DNA from: Minisyncoccota bacterium
GTDB lineage: Bacteria; Patescibacteriota; Minisyncoccia; Phycocordibacterales; SBAW01
Length of the DNA: 64,000 bases
Reading direction: 5' to 3'
Assembly (NCBI GenBank): GCA_035546575.1
Contig: DASZWN010000001.1
Span: forward strand, 119,254-183,253
Position 1 is the stretch's first letter. The number at the start of each line of letters is the position of its first letter. The position numbers and the translations under genes were made by a program. The notes beneath the pieces are model-generated. The model searched no databases and had not been told where the DNA came from. It saw only the letters and a list, made by a program, of their open reading frames with translations. This document shows, piece by piece, positions 63,946 to 64,000 of this stretch.

Positions 63946-64000
63946 CAACTGGGGCGCTGATATCCGCAAGGATCCAGCGCCCTCACTTTTTATAAAAAGA

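Noticed and set aside
1-64000. Search for tRNA, rRNA and CRISPR arrays
   Set aside because: No GTTCGAATC-type T-arm with a cloverleaf context was found other than the tmRNA 3' end. There are no rRNA-like stretches and no regularly spaced direct repeats. None were reported.

Overview
This 64-kb window is a bacterial chromosomal segment of about 55-58% GC. Its core is the conserved str-S10-spc ribosomal protein supercluster, running rpsL-rpsG-fusA-tuf-rpsJ-rplCDWB-rpsS-rplV-rpsC-rplP-rpmC-rpsQ-rplNXE-rpsZ-rpsH-rplFR-rpsE-rplO-secY-adk-map. Unusually, the cluster is broken at five or more places by inserted genes and long structured non-coding spacers. L30 (rpmD) is absent between rpsE and rplO, and there is no alpha operon after map. 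That pattern is compatible with a small-genome, Patescibacteria/CPR-like lineage, but this is inference only.

Flanking the cluster are housekeeping genes: partial nusA, tpiA-pgk, recJ, rnhA, a HIT hydrolase, sodA, rpmB, an M50 protease, glmM, the rplT-rpmI-infC operon, smpB with an adjacent tmRNA, ftsH, hisA, purC, gmk and ndk. Competence and type IV pilus-like genes are present: a GspE/PilB-like ATPase, and a ComEC that is split into a channel gene and an MBL gene with other genes in between. Three secreted glycine-rich or repeat-rich surface proteins share sequence modules, one of them a 1424-aa giant. Two tandem secreted lipase-like paralogues are also present, one of which has lost the nucleophile serine.

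The most unusual signals are listed here.
(i) A 20-24 bp palindrome, CCTGCCTGCC-GG(TA)-GGCAGG, occurs four times, twice in-frame inside coding sequences.
(ii) A 1.8-kb accessory island at 2975-4742 carries a promoter, a five-histidine leader-peptide-like ORF, a small hydrophobic peptide, operator-like inverted repeats and a roughly 350-nt heavily structured RNA-like region ending in an intrinsic terminator.
(iii) The spacer between rpsJ and rplC is about 800 bp of structured non-coding sequence.
(iv) A cassette-like insertion sits between rplE and rpsZ, with a family of near-identical terminators and its own restart promoter.

No CRISPR array, rRNA or tRNA gene was found. All calls rest on reading the translations and the sequence by eye; no database search was possible.
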